Assembly (NCBI GenBank): GCA_963803705.1
Contig: CAWDNU010000004.1
Span: forward strand, 640,001-704,000
Reading direction: 5' to 3'
DNA length: 64,000 bases
Origin: an uncultured Pseudobdellovibrionaceae bacterium
Lineage (GTDB): Bacteria > Bdellovibrionota > Bdellovibrionia > Bdellovibrionales > UBA1609
The position numbers and the translations under genes were made by a program. The notes beneath the pieces are model-generated. The model was not told the DNA's origin. It was given only the letters and a program-made list of their open reading frames with translations, and did not search any database. This document shows, piece after piece, positions 9,963 through 19,369 of this stretch; the first letter of the stretch is position 1, and each line of letters begins with the position of its first letter.

Positions 9963-11075
9963 TTACGCAATAGAGACTTCTTCATCAACACGATGATAAC
10001 CTTTCCAGTTTTTTAATCGGCCATAAGGCCTGCGAGAGTCCTGGGCATATTCAAATAAGACGTAAGTCAGTTTAGTTATTTTACCCAATGACTGCACATC
10101 TAAAGAAGTTAAATCCGTCCAAGTTCCAGTGTTGAAATACTGTTTTCCTCCGGGCCATTGCCTATACTGATAAACGTGAGTGTGTCCAAACACGACCGTA
10201 TGAACTCTGTCATCGTTTAAAATGGCCTTAGCACTTAAAGAAAGATCAGGAAAAATCGCACACTCTCTGACGACTTTTAATAAAGTCCCAAAACCCCAGC
10301 TTTTCCTTGGATCATTTAGAAACAACGAGCTTATAAAATACCAAAGCACTTTGTATAAACCAAAAAAAGCAAAACTAGTCTTATTAAACAAAACCCACTT
10401 TAGGGCCTTACCAAAGGGGCGAACCTTATCCACATGAGGGTAAACAAATTTCAATTTTAACACGCAATCAACAAAAAAATGAGAGCCGAAAGGAAGGTTC
10501 AAAATTGGCTCTGGCAAATTCTTCCTTAGAAAAAACTTCTTTGGGTTCATTCTGTTAGCGGCTTCATGCATGTGCCCATGCTCTATATGAACACCATCAA
10601 AAAAGTAAACAATGTTTTTATATTTTACCCTTTGCCCGGTAGCTTCATTCAATAGCTCTCTAACTCGAGGCCACAACATCTCTTGGTCGTGATTACCTAC
10701 TATATAGGTTATTTTGTGGCCCAAGTCAGAAAACTTTTTCAAACTTTCAAAGAACACAGGGTGTCCACTGATAACTCGGGAAAGCTTATTTACAGAAATC
10801 GGCTCTGTAATAACACCTACAAAATGTCCTTTATAATCGATCTGTAAAAAATTAAAAATATCGCCGTTTAAAATCAGTTCTACTTCAAATTCTTCAAACT
10901 TTCCTGTGGTGTAAAAGTTGACAAATTCTTCAAATTTTTGATCAAAATAAAATTCTTCTAGGGGATTTAAAGTACCATCAGGCAGACCTTGGCCTACACC
11001 AAGGTGTAAATCACTCATAACAAGTTTAATTTTACGTTTCGGGGTTTCACCAGTGCCAGAGATTAAAGAACTCAT
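9963..11075 (-). CDS. calcineurin-like metallophosphoesterase
   Basis: SDLHLG, LNGDIF, GNHD, EHGH and FGHTH motifs. Confidence 0.88.
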   Translation of the reverse strand: MSSLISGTGETPKRKIKLVMSDLHLGVGQGLPDGTLNPLEEFYFDQKFEEFVNFYTTGKFEEFEVELILNGDIFNFLQIDYKGHFVGVITEPISVNKLSRVISGHPVFFESLKKFSDLGHKITYIVGNHDQEMLWPRVRELLNEATGQRVKYKNIVYFFDGVHIEHGHMHEAANRMNPKKFFLRKNLPEPILNLPFGSHFFVDCVLKLKFVYPHVDKVRPFGKALKWVLFNKTSFAFFGLYKVLWYFISSLFLNDPRKSWGFGTLLKVVRECAIFPDLSLSAKAILNDDRVHTVVFGHTHVYQYRQWPGGKQYFNTGTWTDLTSLDVQSLGKITKLTYVLFEYAQDSRRPYGRLKNWKGYHRVDEEVSIA

Positions 11076-11084
11076 AGAAATTTG

Positions 11085-12023
11085 TTAATCCTCTTCTAAA
11101 GAGCTACCTTCTAACATAGTCAGGGCAATTCTTAAAGCCTTTACTGTTCGTCTTAACAGTTCTTCTTTGTTTTCCATTTTTGAGCTCATTTTTTGGTTTT
11201 GTATTCTGTATTTTTCTAGATCAGATTGAATCAGTTGCACTTGTTTTTTGAGCTCTAATATCATTTCGTCTTTAGACCGCACTAAAGCTTCATTTTCCGC
11301 CTTCATAATTTCTAATCGATTTTCAAGTTCACGCTCTCTGATCCGGACATTTTCATACTGCGAACCCTGCCTTTGTTCAACGTCAACGACTCTGTCTTGT
11401 AGCGCACTGATTTTAATCTCTTTTGCTTCTAGGCTCTGCATAAGAATCTTTTTTTCTTCTTGTGCGATATCCTGCATATTTTGATAGTTAGACTCTGCGT
11501 TTTTAACTTGATGTTTTAAGCTGTCGTTCATCTCTTTGAAATGTTTGCCCGCGATTGCCAGTTGCTCACCATCTCGCCTTAATTTTTGCACCTCTTTTTC
11601 TAGCTCGAGCACTCTATCTTGGGCCACCTCAAGGTAGTTCGACGACTTCAAGTGCTCTTGAAGATTAACAACATTTTTAGCTAGTCCTTCTGGTTCTAGG
11701 CTCTGGTTAACAAAAGGAACTTCAAAAGGCTCGGCTATAGGTAAGGCTTTGGTTTTTTCGGTATCTCGATTTACAATTTTGGCCTCAGAAGGAAATATTT
11801 CTGATGCTTCAACGCCTTGAAACTGATTTTCAAAGGTACCCCCAAACGCTTCATCTAAGGTTTCGTTTGTTAAGAGCGCATTTTTAGAGTTTGGAGGTAA
11901 AAACTCTTTAACACTGGATATCTCTGGAGGAGTGCCCGCATCGGGCAGGGTTTCGCTCTGCTCAATCTCTTCTGACAATATTTCTTCGAAAAAGTCGCCA
12001 GCCTTCAAACTATTTTTTCCCAT
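11085..12023 (-). CDS. acidic N-terminus + long coiled-coil protein (probable start ATG 12023)
   Basis: Heptad-rich C-terminal region; a sigma28-like promoter sits just upstream of ATG 12023 (ORF track start 12119). Confidence 0.7.
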   Translation of the reverse strand: MGKNSLKAGDFFEEILSEEIEQSETLPDAGTPPEISSVKEFLPPNSKNALLTNETLDEAFGGTFENQFQGVEASEIFPSEAKIVNRDTEKTKALPIAEPFEVPFVNQSLEPEGLAKNVVNLQEHLKSSNYLEVAQDRVLELEKEVQKLRRDGEQLAIAGKHFKEMNDSLKHQVKNAESNYQNMQDIAQEEKKILMQSLEAKEIKISALQDRVVDVEQRQGSQYENVRIRERELENRLEIMKAENEALVRSKDEMILELKKQVQLIQSDLEKYRIQNQKMSSKMENKEELLRRTVKALRIALTMLEGSSLEED

Positions 12024-12029
12024 AAGTTT

Positions 12030-12056
12030 GAATCGGACAAAACACAAATATATTAA
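12030..12056 (-). promoter_or_regulatory. putative sigma28 promoter
   Basis: TTAAT-N14-TCCGATTC, 6 nt upstream of ATG 12023. Confidence 0.5.
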
Positions 12057-12167
12057 AGAGTTACGTGGCACTCTAATGAAACTCAAAGGATTAAAGCTGA
12101 TATAAACTAAATAAGCCAACTTATTGGACTTAAGATCTCGTAATGATACAATTTTTCATACTACACC

Positions 12168-12192
12168 GAAACTTTTTAATTTAAAAAGTGTT
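12168..12192 (+). promoter_or_regulatory. putative ECF autoregulatory promoter
   Basis: GAAACTTTT-N12-TGTT upstream of the ECF sigma gene; same motif and spacing at 53537..53561. Confidence 0.45.
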
Positions 12193-12210
12193 TTAACTTA
12201 GGAGAGTCAT

Positions 12211-12801
12211 GTGTCTTTGAGCTTTGAAGATGAAATGATGGACGGAATAGCTCGAGGATGCTCCAAGTCTTTTGCCGCTTTATTTGAGGCTTATGGTTCA
12301 ATTCTTTTAGGATACGCTAACAAGTTTCTAAAAAATCAAGCTACCGCAGAGGATATAACTCAGGAGGTTTGGGTGAAAATTGCAAAGGTGGCACCTCAGT
12401 ATCAAGCTCAAGGCCAATTTAAGGCTTGGGTTTTTACGATGACTAGAAACATGTGTTTTAATAAGTTAAAGGCAGATAAAAGGCTTCAATTTAAAGAAGA
12501 TATGACAGAACTTAGTGAGCTTGCAGAACCTTCGATTACAGCCGAAGACAAAATGCTGAGCGACGCCAAAATGGGCCAGGTCAACGAGATACTATCTGAA
12601 TTGCCTGAAAACCAGAAAGTGTGCTTGTTGCTAGTTACCGTAGAGGGTTTAAGCTACGAAGAGGTCGCAAATTGCCTTTCAATTTCACTAGGCGCTACAA
12701 AATCTTTGATACACAGAGCGCGCAAAACCTTAAACGAAAGGTTAGGCGATCAAAACCCGGCTAATCACAATTATTCTAAACCTCGAAAGGAGGTTTTATG
12801 A
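12211..12801 (+). CDS. ECF RNA polymerase sigma factor
   Basis: AEDITQEVWVK..FKAWVFTMTRN (region 2); LPENQK..GLSYEEVA..GATKSLIHRAR (region 4); GGAGA RBS. Confidence 0.93.
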   Translation: MSLSFEDEMMDGIARGCSKSFAALFEAYGSILLGYANKFLKNQATAEDITQEVWVKIAKVAPQYQAQGQFKAWVFTMTRNMCFNKLKADKRLQFKEDMTELSELAEPSITAEDKMLSDAKMGQVNEILSELPENQKVCLLLVTVEGLSYEEVANCLSISLGATKSLIHRARKTLNERLGDQNPANHNYSKPRKEVL

Positions 12802-13172
12802 AAAACAATTCTGATAAAAACAGGAATTTAGATTGGGTGAAGGAACCTATCTCTACAGAGTTCAAGTCCAAAGTATTTAAAGCCGTCCACCTTGAGCTAG
12901 ATAAAAATAGGACACCGTCTTTTGCAGCAAGATTTAATTTAAATTGGACGTGGTCTATAGTTGCAGGGTTAGCTTTACTTAGTGTTATGGTGATTCGACT
13001 TACAGGTCAGCTTGATTTGACTTCGCCCACAACAACATTTGATGATTTAGCTTTATTGACGCCAGCTGAAATTGAACTTGTCGAAAACCTGGATATTATC
13101 GATGATTTAAATGATATTGACCTAGAACAAATTAGAAACGAAATGAAGAAACAAAAAGGACCTAAATCATGA
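12798..13172 (+). CDS. probable single-TM anti-sigma factor
   Basis: Overlaps the ECF stop (ATGA); one TM segment; acidic periplasmic tail. Confidence 0.65.
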   Translation: MKNNSDKNRNLDWVKEPISTEFKSKVFKAVHLELDKNRTPSFAARFNLNWTWSIVAGLALLSVMVIRLTGQLDLTSPTTTFDDLALLTPAEIELVENLDIIDDLNDIDLEQIRNEMKKQKGPKS

Positions 13173-13531
13173 AAATACTATCTATGCTGTTAGTGTTTCT
13201 TTTGATTGCTCCTAATATTTTGCTGGCAGAGCGACGAGAGCGTTATCGAAGTCGTACTAATTATGGTGACAATACATCCGCTACCACTCCAAACAGAAGA
13301 GCTCAAAGAAATCAAAATTCAAACCGCTACGACCGATACAAATCCAAATCAAATTCTGAAAGGCAACAATTTGATAGAAACTTAAATCGCTATAATCGTT
13401 ATTCGCCTTCTGAAAAACGAAATGCGCAACGAAAGTGGAAATCTTTTAAACAAAGAACCACGCCAGAAGAGCGCAAGTATATCCGTCAAAAATATAGGGA
13501 AGCCGACCGACCGCCAAGAAGGCGCCGATAA
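13169..13531 (+). CDS. exported Arg-rich helical protein, DUF3106-like
   Basis: Signal peptide; YSPSEKRNAQRKW..TPEERKYIRQKY repeats; third gene of the ECF operon. Confidence 0.55.
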   Translation: MKILSMLLVFLLIAPNILLAERRERYRSRTNYGDNTSATTPNRRAQRNQNSNRYDRYKSKSNSERQQFDRNLNRYNRYSPSEKRNAQRKWKSFKQRTTPEERKYIRQKYREADRPPRRRR

Positions 13532-13544
13532 GTTCAAGTTGAAC

Positions 13545-14732
13545 TTAATTGTTCAAAGCACCTGCGTTTATCCAATCACGAATCTTTGCTTTATCTGTTG
13601 CGCTAAGTGGATTACCTGGCGGCATTGAGTTGTCATTCGTTCTTAAAAATAACTGACTACCATTTGCATTGTTTGGGACAACTCGAAGTAAAGTTTCCGA
13701 ATAGGTTGCCATGCTGTAGCCACCTCTAGCAACTGCATTACCATGACAGTTGGTGCACTTTGCTATGAAAATATCACTATTTAGTTGCGTATAGGTTGGT
13801 GCCACGTTTGAAACTACCACAGATACTGTGTCGTTCGCAGTACCACCTCTGTTATCTGTTACTACTATGTTAAATACGTAAGTTCCTATTACTAAATCAC
13901 TAGCAGTTAAAGTTGATGTGGTAACATTTGCCAATGTAGGGATAGCTGGGCCTGAAAGTGAAGTCCATGCATAAGAAACTATGGTTCCATCAGGATCTGA
14001 AGCCGAAGCTATTATTGACACTGAATTAGTTGGCAACATTAAGGCCTTATCTGCACCGGCGTTAACGGTAGGTAGAATATTATCAGCCAAGGTAACCGAG
14101 ACATTTACAGAGTCCATGGCCATAGCTCCCATATCATCAGTAACAGTGACGCTAAAATTGTAAAGACCTGACACTAGTCCACTTATACTTGCTATCCCAA
14201 TTGTAGGGTCGGCTATCACAGATGTATTGGGACCTGAAACTTGCTCCCACAAATAGCTGACTATTTCACCATCTAAATCCGATGCCAGTGCAGTAACTGA
14301 GGCGGAGCTTGTAGGTAAACGAACAATCACATCAGCGCCTGCATTCACTACTGGAATCTCATTTTCAAGCGCACCAGAGTTGATCCAAGTGGCAAGGCCT
14401 TCCAATTCAAGCCCGGTCACAGTGGCATGTTTCGCAGTTAAACCGTTTGAAACCACTGTGTACAGCAGACTGTTTAAGGCGTTACCTGCGCTTACAGTGC
14501 CCGAAACTATTATAGAGTTGTGAGTGGCCATATCGAGTCCCCCCGCCGTAGTTAAGCTAGAGTGGCACTCCAAACACTTGGGTCTGAAAACCTTCTCGTT
14601 TAGGCCCTTGTAGAAGCTTACTTCGGACGAGCTAGCTCCAACTGTTATCCCTTCGAAGGGCGTGCAGTTTTGATACAACAAGATACATCCTGCTGCTAAA
14701 CCCAATAATACTAACTTTTTAAAAGCTATCAT
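13545..14732 (-). CDS. lipoprotein with two c-type cytochrome domains flanking two PKD/Ig-like domains
   Basis: YQNC lipobox; CLECH and CTNCH; two PxVNAGAD..ASDxDGxIVSYxW..VTDxxG PKD-type units. Confidence 0.85.
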   Translation of the reverse strand: MIAFKKLVLLGLAAGCILLYQNCTPFEGITVGASSSEVSFYKGLNEKVFRPKCLECHSSLTTAGGLDMATHNSIIVSGTVSAGNALNSLLYTVVSNGLTAKHATVTGLELEGLATWINSGALENEIPVVNAGADVIVRLPTSSASVTALASDLDGEIVSYLWEQVSGPNTSVIADPTIGIASISGLVSGLYNFSVTVTDDMGAMAMDSVNVSVTLADNILPTVNAGADKALMLPTNSVSIIASASDPDGTIVSYAWTSLSGPAIPTLANVTTSTLTASDLVIGTYVFNIVVTDNRGGTANDTVSVVVSNVAPTYTQLNSDIFIAKCTNCHGNAVARGGYSMATYSETLLRVVPNNANGSQLFLRTNDNSMPPGNPLSATDKAKIRDWINAGALNN

Positions 14733-14741
14733 ACTTAAATG

Positions 14742-14769
14742 AAATCGGCTTTAAGTTCGAAAGGCTGAA
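14742..14769 (-). promoter_or_regulatory. putative sigma28 promoter
   Basis: TTCAG-N15-GCCGATTT, 9 nt upstream of ATG 14732. Confidence 0.5.
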
Positions 14770-14778
14770 CTAAAAAAG

Positions 14779-16596
14779 CTAAGATTTGGTCTTTAGTTTC
14801 GTTTTGATATAACTATCTACTACTTGTTCTAGAACTGTGAAGGTAACTGGACCGTTTTTAAGAATCACATCATGAAATTCCTTCAGGTCAAAGCTGGATT
14901 TTAGGGCTTGTTTGGCCTTCTGACGAAGTTCAAGAATCTTCAACTGCCCTATTTTGTAGGACACCGCTTGACCAGGCATCATAAAATACCGTTCGATCTC
15001 TTTGACAGTTTTTTCTTCTGAAGAGTCAGAGTTATTCATCATGTAATCTACGGCTTTTTGCTTGTCCCATTTGTAAAAATGTATACCGGTGTCTACCACC
15101 AGCCTCACAGCTCTCCAAAGCTCCATACTTAAACGTCCAAAATCAGAATACAAATCTTTGTAAAATCCTATCTCTTTAGGCAAACCTTCTGAATACAGGC
15201 CCCAGCCTTCTGTGTAAGAGTTATGAAAGCCGAACTTTCTAAATTTCGGCAGTCCAACTAGCTCTTGCGCGATGGCGAGTTGCATATGATGTCCAGGAAT
15301 TGCTTCATGATAGGCCAAAGCCTCCATACTGTATTTTGGCACAGCAGACATATCGTAAAGGTTTACGTAGTATCTTCCGGGTCGACTACCATCCGGGGCA
15401 GGCCTTTCGTAAAAAGCAACTCCTGCAGATTTTTGACGAAATTTTTCTACTGCCAACACCTTCAGTTCAGCCTTAGGCTTGGTGTTAAATAATTCGTCTA
15501 TCCGAGCAGAGATGTCATCGATGATCTTTTTTGTGTCTTTCAAATAATTCTTTCGACCCCAATAAGTATTAGGATAGTAAAGCTCTTTATTGACTTTCAC
15601 ACTTTCAAAAAAATCATTTAATGAGCCGTCAAATTTTAGTTCTTCTGCAACCTGTTGAATCTCGGCTTGTATGCGTTTTACCTCAGACAGCCCTAACTTA
15701 TGTATGTCTTGGGGGTTTAGATCAGTAGTGGTTATTTTTCGTATGCGATAGGCGTAAAACTCTTTACCCTTAGGTAAAGCCCAAACCCCCTTAACTTCTG
15801 TTTGCTCTTTCTGTAATTTTTCTAAGTAAGCTATAAGTTTCAAATACCCCGGCTTTACATTCCTTTTTAACGAGACCTTGGCTCTATTCATCAAAAGATT
15901 TTTAGTTTTAGATTTTACTTTTAAACGAGCAACCTTCGTTCGAAAATCCTTATAAAGAGTCGAATCTTTTTTCACTTTATCGAAGGGAAATCCTGAAACT
16001 ATATTCTTGCAATCCCTAATGAGGTGATCGAAAACAAAACTTGGATAAGTCACACCAATCTTATTCTGAACCTTCAATTTTTCCAATAACTCATCAAGAG
16101 TTTTTTCAAAGTTCTGTAATCTAGATATATAAGACCAAGCCTCTGGCTCGTTAATTACAGAGTGTTCGTAGAGCATAAAATCTATTAGTTCTGTGTGTCT
16201 TCCATATAACTGGTTAAGTAAATATTTGTGGTAATAGAACTTTTTTTGCTCTTCTAGTTCTTCAATATCGCGTTCAAAGAGGTCGTAACTTATTTGACTG
16301 ACTTCATCTAGTTTTCTACGATCGATTTTTTTTAACTCTTGGTAAGAGTCTTTAGCTATTTCTACTTCTTTCAAAAAATTTTCGTAACTGGTATCGTCCA
16401 ATTGGTCATATTTTTTTTTACTTCCCAAAAAAGTCAAAAACTCTGGAGAGCGTTCTGTAGCTTCGTCAAAAACCTTTTCAAAAAACACGTTGGCTTTGGC
16501 AGATTCATTTTGAATCTCTTCAGGAGTAAATCTGGTCTGAGTTGATGAACACGAAATTAAAAAGCCTAGAAATGCAAATAGGAAGAATTTTTTCAT
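14779..16596 (-). CDS. DUF885-family lipoprotein (putative metallopeptidase)
   Basis: Lipobox ISC; HEAIPGHHMQ, EGWGLYSE, RLVVDTGIH and PGQAVSY motifs. Confidence 0.9.
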   Translation of the reverse strand: MKKFFLFAFLGFLISCSSTQTRFTPEEIQNESAKANVFFEKVFDEATERSPEFLTFLGSKKKYDQLDDTSYENFLKEVEIAKDSYQELKKIDRRKLDEVSQISYDLFERDIEELEEQKKFYYHKYLLNQLYGRHTELIDFMLYEHSVINEPEAWSYISRLQNFEKTLDELLEKLKVQNKIGVTYPSFVFDHLIRDCKNIVSGFPFDKVKKDSTLYKDFRTKVARLKVKSKTKNLLMNRAKVSLKRNVKPGYLKLIAYLEKLQKEQTEVKGVWALPKGKEFYAYRIRKITTTDLNPQDIHKLGLSEVKRIQAEIQQVAEELKFDGSLNDFFESVKVNKELYYPNTYWGRKNYLKDTKKIIDDISARIDELFNTKPKAELKVLAVEKFRQKSAGVAFYERPAPDGSRPGRYYVNLYDMSAVPKYSMEALAYHEAIPGHHMQLAIAQELVGLPKFRKFGFHNSYTEGWGLYSEGLPKEIGFYKDLYSDFGRLSMELWRAVRLVVDTGIHFYKWDKQKAVDYMMNNSDSSEEKTVKEIERYFMMPGQAVSYKIGQLKILELRQKAKQALKSSFDLKEFHDVILKNGPVTFTVLEQVVDSYIKTKLKTKS

Positions 16597-16681
16597 AGCA
16601 AAAACATATTATATTTTCATTTATAAAACTAGGGGCAATGGCTAAAACACGATTTTAACTTAATTTGCTCTTAGGCTTTTT

Positions 16682-17728
16682 TTATTGATATTGGGGATGC
16701 TCTTTGTTGACGGCGTTTAGCTGTCCGCAGGCAGCGAATATATCGTCCCCCCTAGTCTGGCGCACATAGGTCTGAATTTTGTGCTTTAGTAACACTTTTT
16801 GAAATTTGCTAACTTGTTGATCATCTGGTTTAAAATAGCCAGAGCCAGGGTGTTCATTGAACGGGATTAGATTAACTTTACACTTCAAACCTTTTATAAG
16901 CTGAACTAATTCCCGGGCGTGCTGAGTTTGATCGGTAACATCTTTTAGTAAAACGTATTCAAAGGTCACGTCATCGCCTGTTTCACTGCTGTGCTTTTTA
17001 CAAGCTTCCAGCAAATCTGAAATAGGCCATTTGTTATTAATTGGCATTATAGAGCTTCTTACCTGGTTGTTGGAACCATTTAAACTAACAGCGAGGATGG
17101 ATTTAGATTTAGTGACTAGAGGTATCAGAGGAACTAATCCTGAAGTGGAAACAGTGATTCTTTTTCTAGAAAAGTTTAAACCTGAAGGCTCATTTAAGAT
17201 TTCTATGGCATCAAAGACGGCCTTGGGATTATCCAAGGGCTCGCCCATTCCCATGAATACGACATTAGATAAACCAGACAGCCCCTGTTTTTGCAATTCC
17301 TGCTGAACTAATACAAATTGGCCAATAATCTGACCCGCACTTAAACGCTTCTTCAATTTTACTTTACCAGTGTAACAAAATTTGCAACCCAAATTGCAAC
17401 CAACTTCAGAAGAAACACACAGCGTTTTTCTAGTGCCGGTAGGAATCATTACAGTTTCAACAGTCAATCCATCCCCTACATCAAATAAGAACTTTTGTGT
17501 GCCATCTTTACTTTTACGATGTTCGACGATGGACGGAAGCTCTATTTTTAACCACTCAGTAGCAGTGCTCCTGAAAGACAATGATAAATCTGTCATCATC
17601 TTAATATCTAGGACCTGCTTCTGATAAACCCATTTAAAAAGTTGAGCGGCACGAAACGGCTTCTCTAACTTTTCATTAAAAAAAGTCCTTAAATCGCTTA
17701 ATGTGTAATCAAAAAAGTTTGGCATCAT
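16682..17728 (-). CDS. rlmN: radical SAM 23S rRNA m2A2503 methyltransferase
   Basis: CNLGCKFC; VFMGMGEP; AACGQL. Confidence 0.95.
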   Translation of the reverse strand: MMPNFFDYTLSDLRTFFNEKLEKPFRAAQLFKWVYQKQVLDIKMMTDLSLSFRSTATEWLKIELPSIVEHRKSKDGTQKFLFDVGDGLTVETVMIPTGTRKTLCVSSEVGCNLGCKFCYTGKVKLKKRLSAGQIIGQFVLVQQELQKQGLSGLSNVVFMGMGEPLDNPKAVFDAIEILNEPSGLNFSRKRITVSTSGLVPLIPLVTKSKSILAVSLNGSNNQVRSSIMPINNKWPISDLLEACKKHSSETGDDVTFEYVLLKDVTDQTQHARELVQLIKGLKCKVNLIPFNEHPGSGYFKPDDQQVSKFQKVLLKHKIQTYVRQTRGDDIFAACGQLNAVNKEHPQYQ

Positions 17729-17884
17729 AATGACTTAAAGCTATACAGTAGCCGGCTATTTCTGTAAATGTGAGTGAGCGAAGCCTGTAAAATAAATACG
17801 GATGTTAAATAAACTGTCTTTAATATTTGATTTAGAACCTTGGAGAGCGCTTTTGTATTTACTTAGTGACTTTAGAGGGCAGCT

Positions 17885-18892
17885 TTGATCAATCGACTGA
17901 AGAAACCTTGGCTTTTTTTTCCCCCAGAACTATCGCATAGCTTAAGTCCGCTTTTCTTAAATTTAATGCATGGCCTTCAAGCAAAAAAAAATTTAGCCTA
18001 CCATTGGAACGAGATTGAATGGGAGGGTTTACATTTTAGAAATCCCATGGGAACTGCTGGTGGTTTAGATAAAAATGGCGTCAATATCAACGCGTGGTGG
18101 AACCTGGGCGCTGGGTTTCTTGAAATTGGTACCGTCACCCCATACCCTCAAACGAAAAATTCAGGAAAAACTGTTGGCAGAGACATCAAGCTGGAAGCTC
18201 TTTGGAACTGTTTAGGCTTTCCTAATTATGGGGCGGACAAGTTAAAGACCAGACTAGCGAAGTTTCCTAAGCTAAACCGAATAACACCTGTATTTGTTAA
18301 CATTGGTAAAAATAGGTGGACTGAAAACATAGACGCTCATAAAGACTATATTCAACTCATTAGCGAATTTAAGGATCACGCTGACGCTTTAGTAATAAAT
18401 ATAAGTAGCCCAAATACTAAGGGTCTTCGAGACCTCTTTACCGAAAACAATTTTAGATCTTTTCTTACACCGATATGTGAATTTGCTTTGCATCACAAGG
18501 CACCGCCCTTAATTTTAAAACTCAGTCCTGATTTGGATTTAGCTTCTCTTGAAAATATAGTTACAGTCACTGAAGATTTGCCAATCAAAGGATGGATTTT
18601 AGCAAACACAACCCAGTGGAGATCTGCTGAAATGAATTTTGAAACTAACAAAGGTGGAGTATCCGGGAAACCTCTGTCTTTTAAATCAGAGAAGATGCTA
18701 ATTGATTTCCAAAGTCTTTTAGGTTCGCGTCGATCGAAAAGCTTAATAATCTCAACAGGCGGAATTTCTTCTAAAGCCGATGTCCAGAGAAGACTTAGCC
18801 TTGGGGCAGATTTAACACAGGTATATACAGCTTTGGTTTTTCAAGGACCAAGTTTTTTTAAAAACGCTAGTAGAACAGCAATTATGATGTGA
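17885..18892 (+). CDS. pyrD: quinone-dependent dihydroorotate dehydrogenase
   Basis: NPMGTAGGLDKNG, EIGTVTP, NIGKN, INISSPNT, LKLSPD and GGVSGKPL motifs. Confidence 0.92.
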   Translation: MINRLKKPWLFFPPELSHSLSPLFLNLMHGLQAKKNLAYHWNEIEWEGLHFRNPMGTAGGLDKNGVNINAWWNLGAGFLEIGTVTPYPQTKNSGKTVGRDIKLEALWNCLGFPNYGADKLKTRLAKFPKLNRITPVFVNIGKNRWTENIDAHKDYIQLISEFKDHADALVINISSPNTKGLRDLFTENNFRSFLTPICEFALHHKAPPLILKLSPDLDLASLENIVTVTEDLPIKGWILANTTQWRSAEMNFETNKGGVSGKPLSFKSEKMLIDFQSLLGSRRSKSLIISTGGISSKADVQRRLSLGADLTQVYTALVFQGPSFFKNASRTAIMM

Positions 18893-19338
18893 CTGTATTT
18901 GCCTCTTCTACTAGACTTAAAAGCATGTCTCGTAAGCGCAAATGTTATTGGATTCCTGTTGTCACGGCTCTTATGAAAAGAGGAGACGAAGTGCTATTGG
19001 GGCTTCGACCCGAAGGACATAATTTGGCGGGCTTTTGGGAGTTTCCTGGCGGAAAACTAGAACCAGGCGAAGAGCCCGAAGAAGCATTAAAGCGCGAATT
19101 AGAAGAAGAGCTTGGCATTGTTGCTAAAATTGGCCCTGTTTGTATGACAAGTACGCACGATTATGGCGACACCGGCATCTTGCTGTTATTTTTTGAAGTG
19201 AACTATTGGTCAGGCGAGCCAAAAACTGTGCACCATAGTGGGCTTAAATGGGTCAAGATTGATGACTTAAATAAAGAAAATTTGCCGGATGCGAATTTTA
19301 AGGTTTTGGACCGATTGACAGAAATCTTGAAGAAGTAA
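18889..19338 (+). CDS. mutT: MutT-like NUDIX hydrolase
   Basis: Nudix box WEFPGGKLEPGEEPEEALKRELEEELG. Confidence 0.85.
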   Translation: MTVFASSTRLKSMSRKRKCYWIPVVTALMKRGDEVLLGLRPEGHNLAGFWEFPGGKLEPGEEPEEALKRELEEELGIVAKIGPVCMTSTHDYGDTGILLLFFEVNYWSGEPKTVHHSGLKWVKIDDLNKENLPDANFKVLDRLTEILKK

Positions 19339-19369
19339 GTGTAGCATTCTCCCGAATTACTTAAAATAA

